The position numbers and the translations under genes were made by a program. DNA of 41,188 nucleotides from an uncultured Clostridia bacterium (GTDB lineage: Bacteria; Bacillota; Clostridia; Christensenellales; Borkfalkiaceae), in assembly GCA_904501815.1 (NCBI GenBank), contig CAJGCN010000001.1, positions 1 to 41,188 of the forward strand, given 5' to 3'. This document shows positions 26,265 to 33,520 of this stretch, piece by piece (within the stretch, counting starts at the first letter, position 1; each line of letters opens with the position of its first letter). The notes below the pieces were generated by a model. It worked only from the letters and a program-made list of their open reading frames with translations, ran no database searches and was not told where the DNA came from.

Positions 26265-27419
26265 TTAATCGTCGTAGTATTCGTAAGTTTTAGGTTTTTC
26301 TTGCTCCACAGGCGGTACGAATTCCACGCCGCCTACGTATCTTCCGCCAAGCAAGCTATCCGATTCAATTTCGTCCGAGCGATCGGTATCGTCGGGATAT
26401 TTTCTCAAACATACTTCGATAATAAACGAAAGTAAAGCTACGATAGCGATATACACGCCGTCCAAGCACCAAACGCCTGCAAACAAATATTCCGCTACTA
26501 CCCCACCGATTGCCGTTAAAAAGGTTAAGAAAGTGAAAGCGCGGAAAGTATTTCTGCCCGATGCTTCAAAGCCTTCGCGGTCGTATTCGGCAATACCCGT
26601 CGCGTGCTTGATAAGGGGCAACAGCCACACGAACACTAAAAAGAACGCAAGGGGCGCAACAAGTTCTCTCCATTTTCCTAAAAGACCCGCAAATTCCGTT
26701 TCCCGCAAAATATTCGCAAGCTTTAACACCTGCGCCGAACGCACGAGAAAAAGTCCGACACCCGCCACCGCTACGATTTGCAACAGGTTGCGAAGAAAAG
26801 GAACGAACACGCACCCGCGCCGTTTTTCTTCGTGCAACGTTCCGCCTTCAACGGCAAACAAGGAAATCCCCCCGCCGATTAACCCGCCGAGAAAATGCAC
26901 GAGCGCGCCAACGCCCAACGCAATATATAAGTAGATAGGCTGGGTTGCTATGGCAGGTTCTTTGGAAAGTAAATAAATCAAAAAGCTAAACGCTACGAGC
27001 GTATGAAAAGACCCTGAAAACAATTTGCCGAGCGATTCCATTGCGTAAACGTTTCTGTTATACCCGTTGGAACGGCTGGGTCTTCTTTTAAACAGCCACC
27101 CGAGTTTCTTTAAACTTCTTAAAAAATTGCAAACCACCGTGAGTAAAATCAGCGCGTAGAACACGGCAACCGTCAAATCGAGAATAATCGCAAAGGTAAT
27201 TCCTTGCAGATTTTTCAGAGCCGTGAAGCTTTGCCAAAAGGTAAGCACCCATAAATTTACTCCGCCGATAGAAAGCATAGGAAAAAACGCGAGAACCGCA
27301 AGCGCGATAATCGCCAAAAAATACAAAATACCCACTACCGCTGCACGCGCGTGCGCATTTTCTATTTTCCGCTTAAACGCCGCTCTGTTTTGTGGCGTTA
27401 TCGTTTGAGTGTAGTCCAT
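26265..27419 (-). CDS. Uncharacterised ~8-TM membrane protein, paralog 3 (no Met/Pro tail; acidic C-terminus)
   Basis: It carries the motifs NGYNRNVYAMESLGKLFSGS, FLRNLLQIVAVAGVGLF and HATGIAEYDREG. The RBS is AGGGAGAGAG. Confidence 0.8.
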   Translation of the reverse strand: MDYTQTITPQNRAAFKRKIENAHARAAVVGILYFLAIIALAVLAFFPMLSIGGVNLWVLTFWQSFTALKNLQGITFAIILDLTVAVFYALILLTVVCNFLRSLKKLGWLFKRRPSRSNGYNRNVYAMESLGKLFSGSFHTLVAFSFLIYLLSKEPAIATQPIYLYIALGVGALVHFLGGLIGGGISLFAVEGGTLHEEKRRGCVFVPFLRNLLQIVAVAGVGLFLVRSAQVLKLANILRETEFAGLLGKWRELVAPLAFFLVFVWLLPLIKHATGIAEYDREGFEASGRNTFRAFTFLTFLTAIGGVVAEYLFAGVWCLDGVYIAIVALLSFIIEVCLRKYPDDTDRSDEIESDSLLGGRYVGGVEFVPPVEQEKPKTYEYYDD

Positions 27420-27582
27420 ACTCTCTCCCTTTTTTGCTTTCCGCTTTTTGCGGATTTGATTATTTCTATTATACGATAAACTTTTTCAAGGAAAATTGCC
27501 CTTTTAGAAAAATCTTTGCTTTTTTCGTCGAAAAAGACGATTTTAGTATCCTATTAAATGTATAAAATCTCTAATTTATTCT

Positions 27583-27611
27583 ATTATACAGTATTTAGTA
27601 GTAATTGTCAA
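27583..27611 (-). promoter_or_regulatory. Consensus sigma-A promoter for the three-paralog operon
   Basis: On the minus strand: TTGACA (27606-27611), a 17-nt spacer, then TATAAT (27583-27588). It lies about 165 nt upstream of the ATG at 27419. Confidence 0.6.
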
Positions 27612-27621
27612 TCTTATTTAG

Positions 27622-27655
27622 AAAAAAATCCCGTCTATACAGGCGGAATTTTTGA
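27622..27655 (-). terminator. Terminator of ppa (weak, bidirectional-looking)
   Basis: The stem is CCGTCT/AGGCGG (27631-27646) with one G-U pair. It is flanked by an A7 run and a T5 run. Confidence 0.45.
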
Positions 27656-27660
27656 ATTTT

Positions 27661-28209
27661 TCAGTCTTTTCTCTTGCGCGCTTTGCCGAATTTTTGTTTA
27701 TACGCCGCAATGCATTTGTTGATGATGTCCACCGCTTCGTCGCGATGACAAATTTCTTTCACCGTCGTTTGTTTATGTTCGAGCGATTTATACACTTCAA
27801 AAAAGTGCATCATTTCGTCAAAGACGTGTTTAGGAAGTTCGTGTACGTCGTAATAATTATTATAGGTAGGGTCGCCAAAGGGAATAGCGATAATCTTTTC
27901 ATCCAAAGACTCCCCGTCTATCATCTTAATCACACCGATAGGATAGCAAGATACGAGCGTCATAGGATAAATGGTTTCTCCACCTAAAACGAGTACGTCG
28001 AGCGGGTCGCCGTCGTCGGCGTAGGTACGGGGAATAAACCCGTAGTTTGCGGGGTAGACCGTCGACGTATACAAAATACGGTCGAGTTTTAAAAGCCCCG
28101 TTTCTTTGTCAAGCTCGTACTTCGCTTTACAGCCTTTCGGGATTTCAATAAGTGCTTCGAAATTTTTCGCAGTAATGCGTTCGGGAGCAATGTCGTGCCA
28201 AATGTTCAT
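27661..28209 (-). CDS. ppa: Family I inorganic pyrophosphatase
   Basis: Motifs IEIPKG..KYELDKETG, YPANYGFIPRT..DGDPLDVLVL and DEKIIAIP are present. The real start is ATG 28207-28209 behind AAGGAG. The ORF-track TTG at 28332 adds an unsupported 41 aa. Confidence 0.92.
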   Translation of the reverse strand: MNIWHDIAPERITAKNFEALIEIPKGCKAKYELDKETGLLKLDRILYTSTVYPANYGFIPRTYADDGDPLDVLVLGGETIYPMTLVSCYPIGVIKMIDGESLDEKIIAIPFGDPTYNNYYDVHELPKHVFDEMMHFFEVYKSLEHKQTTVKEICHRDEAVDIINKCIAAYKQKFGKARKRKD

Positions 28210-28361
28210 AAATAAATATACTCCTTTTCCTCTTGTTAGTTCTATTTTAGCATATTTTTTTAATTTCCGCAAGATTATCATGGGGGAATTTCCCGTATTT
28301 TCAAGTTTTACCGAGAAAAAAATTTTTTCCAAAACATTTTCTTATTTTTAGCGAAAAAGCT

Positions 28362-28390
28362 TTGACAAGCTAAAAAAAATATGATATAGT
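28362..28390 (+). promoter_or_regulatory. Sigma-A promoter with an extended -10 for tRNA-Ser
   Basis: TTGACA (28362-28367), a 17-nt spacer, then TATAGT (28385-28390), preceded by TGA (TGn). Confidence 0.6.
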
Positions 28391-28411
28391 ATTATAGCGT
28401 TTTGAATATAT

Positions 28412-28502
28412 GCAGAAGTACCCAAGAGGCTCAAGGGGCTCCCCTGCTAAGGGAGTAGTATGGGAAACCGTAGCACGAGTTCGAATCTCGTCTTCTGCGC
28501 CA
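28412..28502 (+). tRNA. tRNA-Ser (anticodon GCU), CCA encoded
   Basis: The acceptor stem is GCAGAAG/CTTCTGC. The anticodon stem is CTCCC/GGGAG with loop CTGCTAA. A long variable arm and the T arm ACGAG-TTCGAAT-CTCGT are present, followed by G-CCA. Confidence 0.9.
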
Positions 28503-28505
28503 AAA
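28486..28505 (+). repeat. Direct repeat copy 1 (att-like): 3' end of tRNA-Ser
   Basis: TCTCGTCTTCTGCGCCAAAA is identical to 28656-28675. Confidence 0.85.
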
Positions 28506-28537
28506 AAGCGAATAGGCTATTGCCTATTCGCTTTTTT
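28502..28537 (+). terminator. Terminator of tRNA-Ser
   Basis: The stem is GCGAATAGGC (28508-28517) / GCCTATTCGC (28522-28531), followed by T6. Confidence 0.8.
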
Positions 28538-28655
28538 GGCATAGTCGAGTAGCGCGAAAACGCGAATTATCACGAGTTCGCGCGAGGAGCTTACACTGTT
28601 TTCTCAACCTTTTCGCATTGCTGTTAGCGACGAAGCTTTGTTGCTTGCAACAACC

Positions 28656-28675
28656 TCTCGTCTTCTGCGCCAAAA
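28656..28675 (+). repeat. Direct repeat copy 2 (att-like): orphan tRNA-Ser 3' end
   Basis: TCTCGTCTTCTGCGCCAAAA is a 20/20 match to the tRNA 3' end. It is followed by its own terminator hairpin. Confidence 0.85.
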
Positions 28676-28707
28676 GTGTTAGTTTTGCACAAACTAACAC
28701 TTTTTTT
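28676..28707 (+). terminator. Terminator-like hairpin after the orphan tRNA 3' fragment
   Basis: The stem is GTGTTAGTTT (28676-28685) / AAACTAACAC (28691-28700), followed by T7. Confidence 0.6.
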
Positions 28708-28918
28708 ACGCCTGTTGCCCCGTTTTTTGAAGATTTTGTTTAATTTTTTACGTTAATTTCTTTCATACATTTATGCAAAACGAGCCAATGTTGCACTTTT
28801 GCTGCACTAATCGTCTAAAAGCCTTTATTTTAAAGGGAAAAATGAAGTAGTATTTTTCATAAATCACGAAAATTACTTTGATTTACTCACACCAATTCAA
28901 TTTACGCAAATAAAATAT

Positions 28919-28955
28919 AAACAGTCGTTAAAGCTTATCAACTCAACGACTGTTT
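28919..28955 (-). terminator. Terminator of the integrase gene
   Basis: The stem is AAACAGTCGTT (28919-28929) / AACGACTGTTT (28945-28955). T-rich sequence follows on the minus strand. Confidence 0.5.
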
Positions 28956-28963
28956 CCTTTATA

Positions 28964-29932
28964 TTATGTAAATAAATCATCTAACACATTCGCCGCCGCA
29001 ATATCTCGCGATTGAAAACAATAGGCGTAAATATCACTTGTCGTGCTAGGTCTTGCGTGTCCTGCACGTTTCGCCACCGTCATCAACGGCACGTTTTCCA
29101 TCAATTGCAACGTTATATTCGTATGGCGCAAGCTTCTTAGCGTCACTCGTGGAATCTTGGCTTCTTTCATTAAGTCATCCATCCAACGATTCGTTGTTTG
29201 CGGATATATTGCCGTTCCACATTCACTAACAATCAATTTATTTCCTGCCTTCCAAGCCTCCCCGTGTTCCTTTTTCTTATTTTCTCTCCAAACAATATAT
29301 TCGCTCAAACAGTCCACAAGAATTTTCGGTATTGAAAAAGTTCGTACCAACGTTTGATTTTTCGGCTCTTTTTCTATTAAGCCGAACCCATTAACCACTA
29401 CTCTTGAACGACGTACCGTTATCGTTTGATTATTTAAGTCTATATCGGATAATTCCAACCCACAAATTTCCCCACGTCGCAACCCTGTTAAAAGAACGAT
29501 TAACGCTATCGTCCTTTTCTTTATATCTTTACCCTCAACCAAAAACCTATAAAACGCTAACGAATTTTCTTCCGATAAATGTTCGGGAATATTTTTTATT
29601 TGTTCGGGATAATCAAGATATTCTCTCGTAGCGAAATTATGCTCTATTAATCTCAACTTCTTCGCATATGTTAAAATCCCTTGAACCGTCACTTTTATCT
29701 TTCGAATCGTTTGATATGCGTATTTTTGATAAATAATTTGAATATCAAACAATTCATCCAACTTTTTTTCCATATTTTTCGCGACTTTTTCTGCACTTTC
29801 CAATCTAACGTTTTTTCCTTCCAACATAGCCTTCAAACTCACATCGCTTACCCCGAGCACTTTGGCTATTTTATATCTTGCAACTTTATATTTACTCAAT
29901 AACTCGTTTAATCGCTTCTCTTTTACTTTCAC
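28964..29932 (-). CDS. Tyrosine site-specific recombinase/integrase with an N-terminal XRE-like HTH
   Basis: Catalytic-domain motifs are LLTGLRRGEICGL, LRSLRHTNIT and AGHARPSTTSDIYAY. The N-terminal segment KIAKVLGVSDVSLKAMLEGKN is HTH-like. Confidence 0.88.
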   Translation of the reverse strand: MKVKEKRLNELLSKYKVARYKIAKVLGVSDVSLKAMLEGKNVRLESAEKVAKNMEKKLDELFDIQIIYQKYAYQTIRKIKVTVQGILTYAKKLRLIEHNFATREYLDYPEQIKNIPEHLSEENSLAFYRFLVEGKDIKKRTIALIVLLTGLRRGEICGLELSDIDLNNQTITVRRSRVVVNGFGLIEKEPKNQTLVRTFSIPKILVDCLSEYIVWRENKKKEHGEAWKAGNKLIVSECGTAIYPQTTNRWMDDLMKEAKIPRVTLRSLRHTNITLQLMENVPLMTVAKRAGHARPSTTSDIYAYCFQSRDIAAANVLDDLFT

Positions 29933-30080
29933 TTTTACGATTTCTAATTTCTTTTCATCAAGTCTATCATACTAAATTGTATCCGCTACTTCTAATAAGT
30001 AGCGGAATATACTTCTTCTCCCTTTGTTTGATTAAATATTTATAGTGCTTTTTAAGAACTAATACCAAAAAATACACTCT

Positions 30081-30791
30081 TTAATTTAACATTTTAACAT
30101 TTTCAATCGTGCCATACCCAAAAGGCATTTCACTTTCATATAATTTACTAAACTTAACCTCTTTAATTTCCCAAGTCAAATCTCTTATCTTTTTTCCGTT
30201 AATCTTTATGTTTTTATAGTAAACGTTTTTTACTTCACATTCTATATACGGGTCAAAAAGTTCCAATTTTTTTTGTTCAATATATCCGGTTCGTGGACCA
30301 ACCGTTATGAAATGAGACGTCAACGGATAATCCTTCTTATTCATTTCCGCCTTTATATTCGTTAAATATAAATCTTGTATATTTGCCCCCAACTCAAACA
30401 CCCCAAAGTGTCCTTTTCCTAAATCTTTATTCACAAAATTAGAAGTGCTGTCGGTATGCAATAATTGTTTTATTTTTATATTATTAAAACGGATATTTTT
30501 CATCCAACCAACGCCTGCTGGTTCAGGTTTACCTATATAAGGCACTGTTTGAAGATACATTTTTACGGCACATAAGCCCGTCATATTACTTAAATAAACG
30601 TTTTGTATAAAGCAATCGATATCTTCTTCTCCCCCCTTTTTTACACCTGCAAGAAGTCGCACGGACTTTAACCCACTCGTCTTATAAGGATGGATATCTT
30701 CAATTATAAAGTTTTGAATGCTTCCATTATTTATGGTAAATGCAATAAACTTCTCTCGGATTTTCGTCTTCAATTCGTTCAAATTCGTCAT
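30081..30791 (-). CDS. Hypothetical protein, possibly a truncated parallel beta-helix (pectin-lyase-fold) segment
   Basis: It has periodic N-[IV]-x-[FY]-x-N-I-K-I type repeats (NIRFNNIKI, NVYYKNIKINGKKI). There is no Shine-Dalgarno sequence. I recognised no catalytic motifs. Confidence 0.4.
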   Translation of the reverse strand: MTNLNELKTKIREKFIAFTINNGSIQNFIIEDIHPYKTSGLKSVRLLAGVKKGGEEDIDCFIQNVYLSNMTGLCAVKMYLQTVPYIGKPEPAGVGWMKNIRFNNIKIKQLLHTDSTSNFVNKDLGKGHFGVFELGANIQDLYLTNIKAEMNKKDYPLTSHFITVGPRTGYIEQKKLELFDPYIECEVKNVYYKNIKINGKKIRDLTWEIKEVKFSKLYESEMPFGYGTIENVKMLN

Positions 30792-30804
30792 TTTACCAAT
30801 ACAA

Positions 30805-31371
30805 TCATCTCGCGGTTTTATGTTTTCCTTTCGTAATTATTTTCTTGTTTTTATCATAATAAAACTTAAAAATAGCCACTACGTTTGCAAACAATTCAAA
30901 CGCATACGTCAAAACGACAAATAACGTTGAATAACAAATTAAATTGTAAATGAATGCTAATGAAGTTGGAATTAAAGTTGTATATAAAAGTATTTTTTTA
31001 TCTCTAAGTCGAAATGTAAATGCATAAAATACCAACGAAACTACATAAAGAATATCTTGGTATTTCCCTATTTTCTGTATTCCTATATTTACAATAAAAT
31101 AAGAAGCTACTACTAAAATCGCAAAAATAAAAGATAGCGCTATTGAAGCTTCTTTTCCCTTAAGCTCATATATGTAGAAAATCAAAGCTCGCAATAAACC
31201 TAAGCCTATACCGACCATAGCAAAATAATTATTTTTTAATAAGTACGACAGCATCAAACAAACCATTCCAAAGGCTTGAAAAAGCAAATAATTTTTTTTG
31301 CTTGCAAAATAGGAAATAACTATCCATAACAACGCACCAAAACTAATTATTTGAGCCCAAACTTCTTCCAT
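30805..31371 (-). CDS. Small 6-TM membrane protein, YgjV-family-like
   Basis: It is 188 aa and almost entirely hydrophobic helices. Its overall look matches the Imp-YgjV family. This is a recognition-level call only. Confidence 0.5.
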   Translation of the reverse strand: MEEVWAQIISFGALLWIVISYFASKKNYLLFQAFGMVCLMLSYLLKNNYFAMVGIGLGLLRALIFYIYELKGKEASIALSFIFAILVVASYFIVNIGIQKIGKYQDILYVVSLVFYAFTFRLRDKKILLYTTLIPTSLAFIYNLICYSTLFVVLTYAFELFANVVAIFKFYYDKNKKIITKGKHKTAR

Positions 31372-31602
31372 TTTGTTTATCCTTTATAATAAGTGATATT
31401 AATTTCTTCCTAAAAACGGGTCATCTCCGTACCCTTGTACTTTGCTTAGACACCTTTATTCTCTCTTAATGTTTTCACAGCCCCCGTCAGTATTATCTCA
31501 CTATTTGTAGAACGTATCTGCAATGGTTTTTGAGAGCAATATTTCCCGTTCATAATCATATTTACCTATTATTTGTGATACAAATATCAAAATAATTAAA
31601 AA

Positions 31603-31779
31603 TTATTTCTGTAATTTCACATCGTCAAAGATAAAAACCGCACGAGCATCCAAACGGAAAGTTTCAATCTTTACATTATCTAGTGTTAAACCATTTATAT
31701 GTCTAAAATATATACCCTTTGCCAGCAATATCCGTCCATAAACATATACTTGTGGATAATCCTGCGCCACTTCAGGAAC
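31603..31779 (-). pseudogene. C-terminal remnant of a GH28 polygalacturonase-type gene
   Basis: The minus-strand translation is VPEVAQDYPQVYVYGRILLAKGIYFRHINGLTLDNVKIETFRLDARAVFIFDDVKLQK*. This matches the typical GH28 C-terminus (YP..G..PA.G.Y.RH..GL.L.NV.......D.RPA...DDV). An in-frame TAG lies immediately upstream (31780-31782) and there is no start codon. Confidence 0.55.
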
Positions 31780-32053
31780 CTATTTTTTGTATTCCTTTAC
31801 TCCCCATCAAGTTTCAAATAAACGTTTCGTAAAAAAAATAATATTTCAATACTCTTTAAAATATAAAAGTTTAGAAACCCGCTCTTTATTTGAAGGATTC
31901 AGCAACAAAATAAATATCCGTATCGATAAACCCTACTTACTTAAAGTCTTAAGTAAAAAATCAATCAAATATGGTTTGTCGAAAAATTCTGTAAATTCTT
32001 TCAGGTATTTTATATTTTTTTAATCACAGTTTTATTTGATATTTACTTTTATC

Positions 32054-33517
32054 TTATATCTGTTTTGCAACGAAATATCCTTGATATTCTTCCATAAACC
32101 CTTCTGCGTTTTTTATCATTTCCACGCACGCAAGGTCATCCTTAAAACAGAACGTCATCGTGCAATTCCCAAAATATTTATCAATCACCTGTACGTATAT
32201 TTCAAAACGGGTGTCGTCCATCCAAGCCGCAGACACAGCGCAATCGTACATATATCCGTCTGTCGTAGGCAAGCCACCGTATTCGTGAGAATATCCTAAT
32301 TGAGGAAATTTGCAAAACTTGTTGGCGTTGATTGCAAACGGAAGCACCTTCTCGCCTTGCGCGTTCACATATTCGAAAACACCACCGCTTACACCGTCAA
32401 ATGACAAACGAAACTGGGTAATCCCCTGTGCGTTCTCCCCCAAAACCTTATACGTCTTTGCGTTAATTTTGTCTTCTATTTGCGTTTTGGTCATACCGTG
32501 TACGCAATAAAGAGTTAAATTATCGCATAATTTTTGCAGATTTTCTTGCTCTTCGGCACATTCAGGCAACGTATTTTCTGTGATATTTTCAACGATATCC
32601 TCAAAAAAATAATCAAATATCACGCTGTAAGGATAAGGCAAACCTTGACTATCGCTATTGAAAACAAGAATAATATCTTTTTCGGGATTGCAAACGGTAA
32701 GTTGCTTTCCAAGTCCGAGAAATGCGAACGAATTATTCCTCAATCCCCAAATTTGATAGCCGTATCCAATACGGCGCTCCGTAATGGTCAATAAAGAGGT
32801 TGCGTCCCGTAAATACTTTTCATTCATTAAACGCTCGCCTTTCCAAGTACCGTAATTCATAACAAAACGCGCAAAGGACAGCATATCGTTTGGAGTACAA
32901 ATCATAGCGGAGTCTCCCCAGCTTTCCCCAACAGGTCCTTTTAACATTTCTGCGTTTTGAAAAGTACCCATTTTATCAAATAATTTCTCTTTTAAATATG
33001 CGAGCAGCGTTTTCCCCGACACCTTTTCCACTAGCATAGACAAAAGATGCGAACCATTACTATCATACCGCCAAATTGTACCCGCAGGGTGCGTTATTTC
33101 CGTTTGATTGAAATATATATCTACCATATCCTTGTTTTCCGCCGTCAGCCAATTTACTCCAAAATACGAGCTTGTAGTCATTTTAAGCATATCGCGAATT
33201 GTTTGATTTTCTAAGTATTCGGGCAATTTTCTTGTAATTCTATCCCTAAAATAATCGGCAATTTTATCGTCCAAAGAGAGCTTACCCTCTTCCTCTAACA
33301 AACCGACAGCAACGGAAACAAACGATTTTGTTTGAGAATATTGTCTATGGCAAAAACCTTTATGAAACGGCTTCCAATATGCCTCACAACAAATTCTCTC
33401 CCCTCGCATAATGACAACATCATGCATAGGAAAACCTTTTTTAATCAAATGATTGATAAAATTTTTAATCCACTCGCTTTTAATTCCCACACTTTCAGGT
33501 GAAGTCACTTCAAACAT
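32054..33517 (-). CDS. Serine hydrolase of the beta-lactamase/class C-related (esterase) family
   Basis: The S-x-x-K motif is present in QYSQTKSFVSVAVGLL. The size and layout are typical of beta-lactamase-related serine hydrolases. The RBS is GAGGT. Confidence 0.75.
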   Translation of the reverse strand: MFEVTSPESVGIKSEWIKNFINHLIKKGFPMHDVVIMRGERICCEAYWKPFHKGFCHRQYSQTKSFVSVAVGLLEEEGKLSLDDKIADYFRDRITRKLPEYLENQTIRDMLKMTTSSYFGVNWLTAENKDMVDIYFNQTEITHPAGTIWRYDSNGSHLLSMLVEKVSGKTLLAYLKEKLFDKMGTFQNAEMLKGPVGESWGDSAMICTPNDMLSFARFVMNYGTWKGERLMNEKYLRDATSLLTITERRIGYGYQIWGLRNNSFAFLGLGKQLTVCNPEKDIILVFNSDSQGLPYPYSVIFDYFFEDIVENITENTLPECAEEQENLQKLCDNLTLYCVHGMTKTQIEDKINAKTYKVLGENAQGITQFRLSFDGVSGGVFEYVNAQGEKVLPFAINANKFCKFPQLGYSHEYGGLPTTDGYMYDCAVSAAWMDDTRFEIYVQVIDKYFGNCTMTFCFKDDLACVEMIKNAEGFMEEYQGYFVAKQI

Positions 33518-33520
33518 ATC

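Noticed and set aside
28540-28655. Possible small ORF or second tRNA between the two att-like repeats
   Set aside because: There is no cloverleaf, only fragments of the T arm. There is also no ORF of meaningful length. I treat it as an integration scar.
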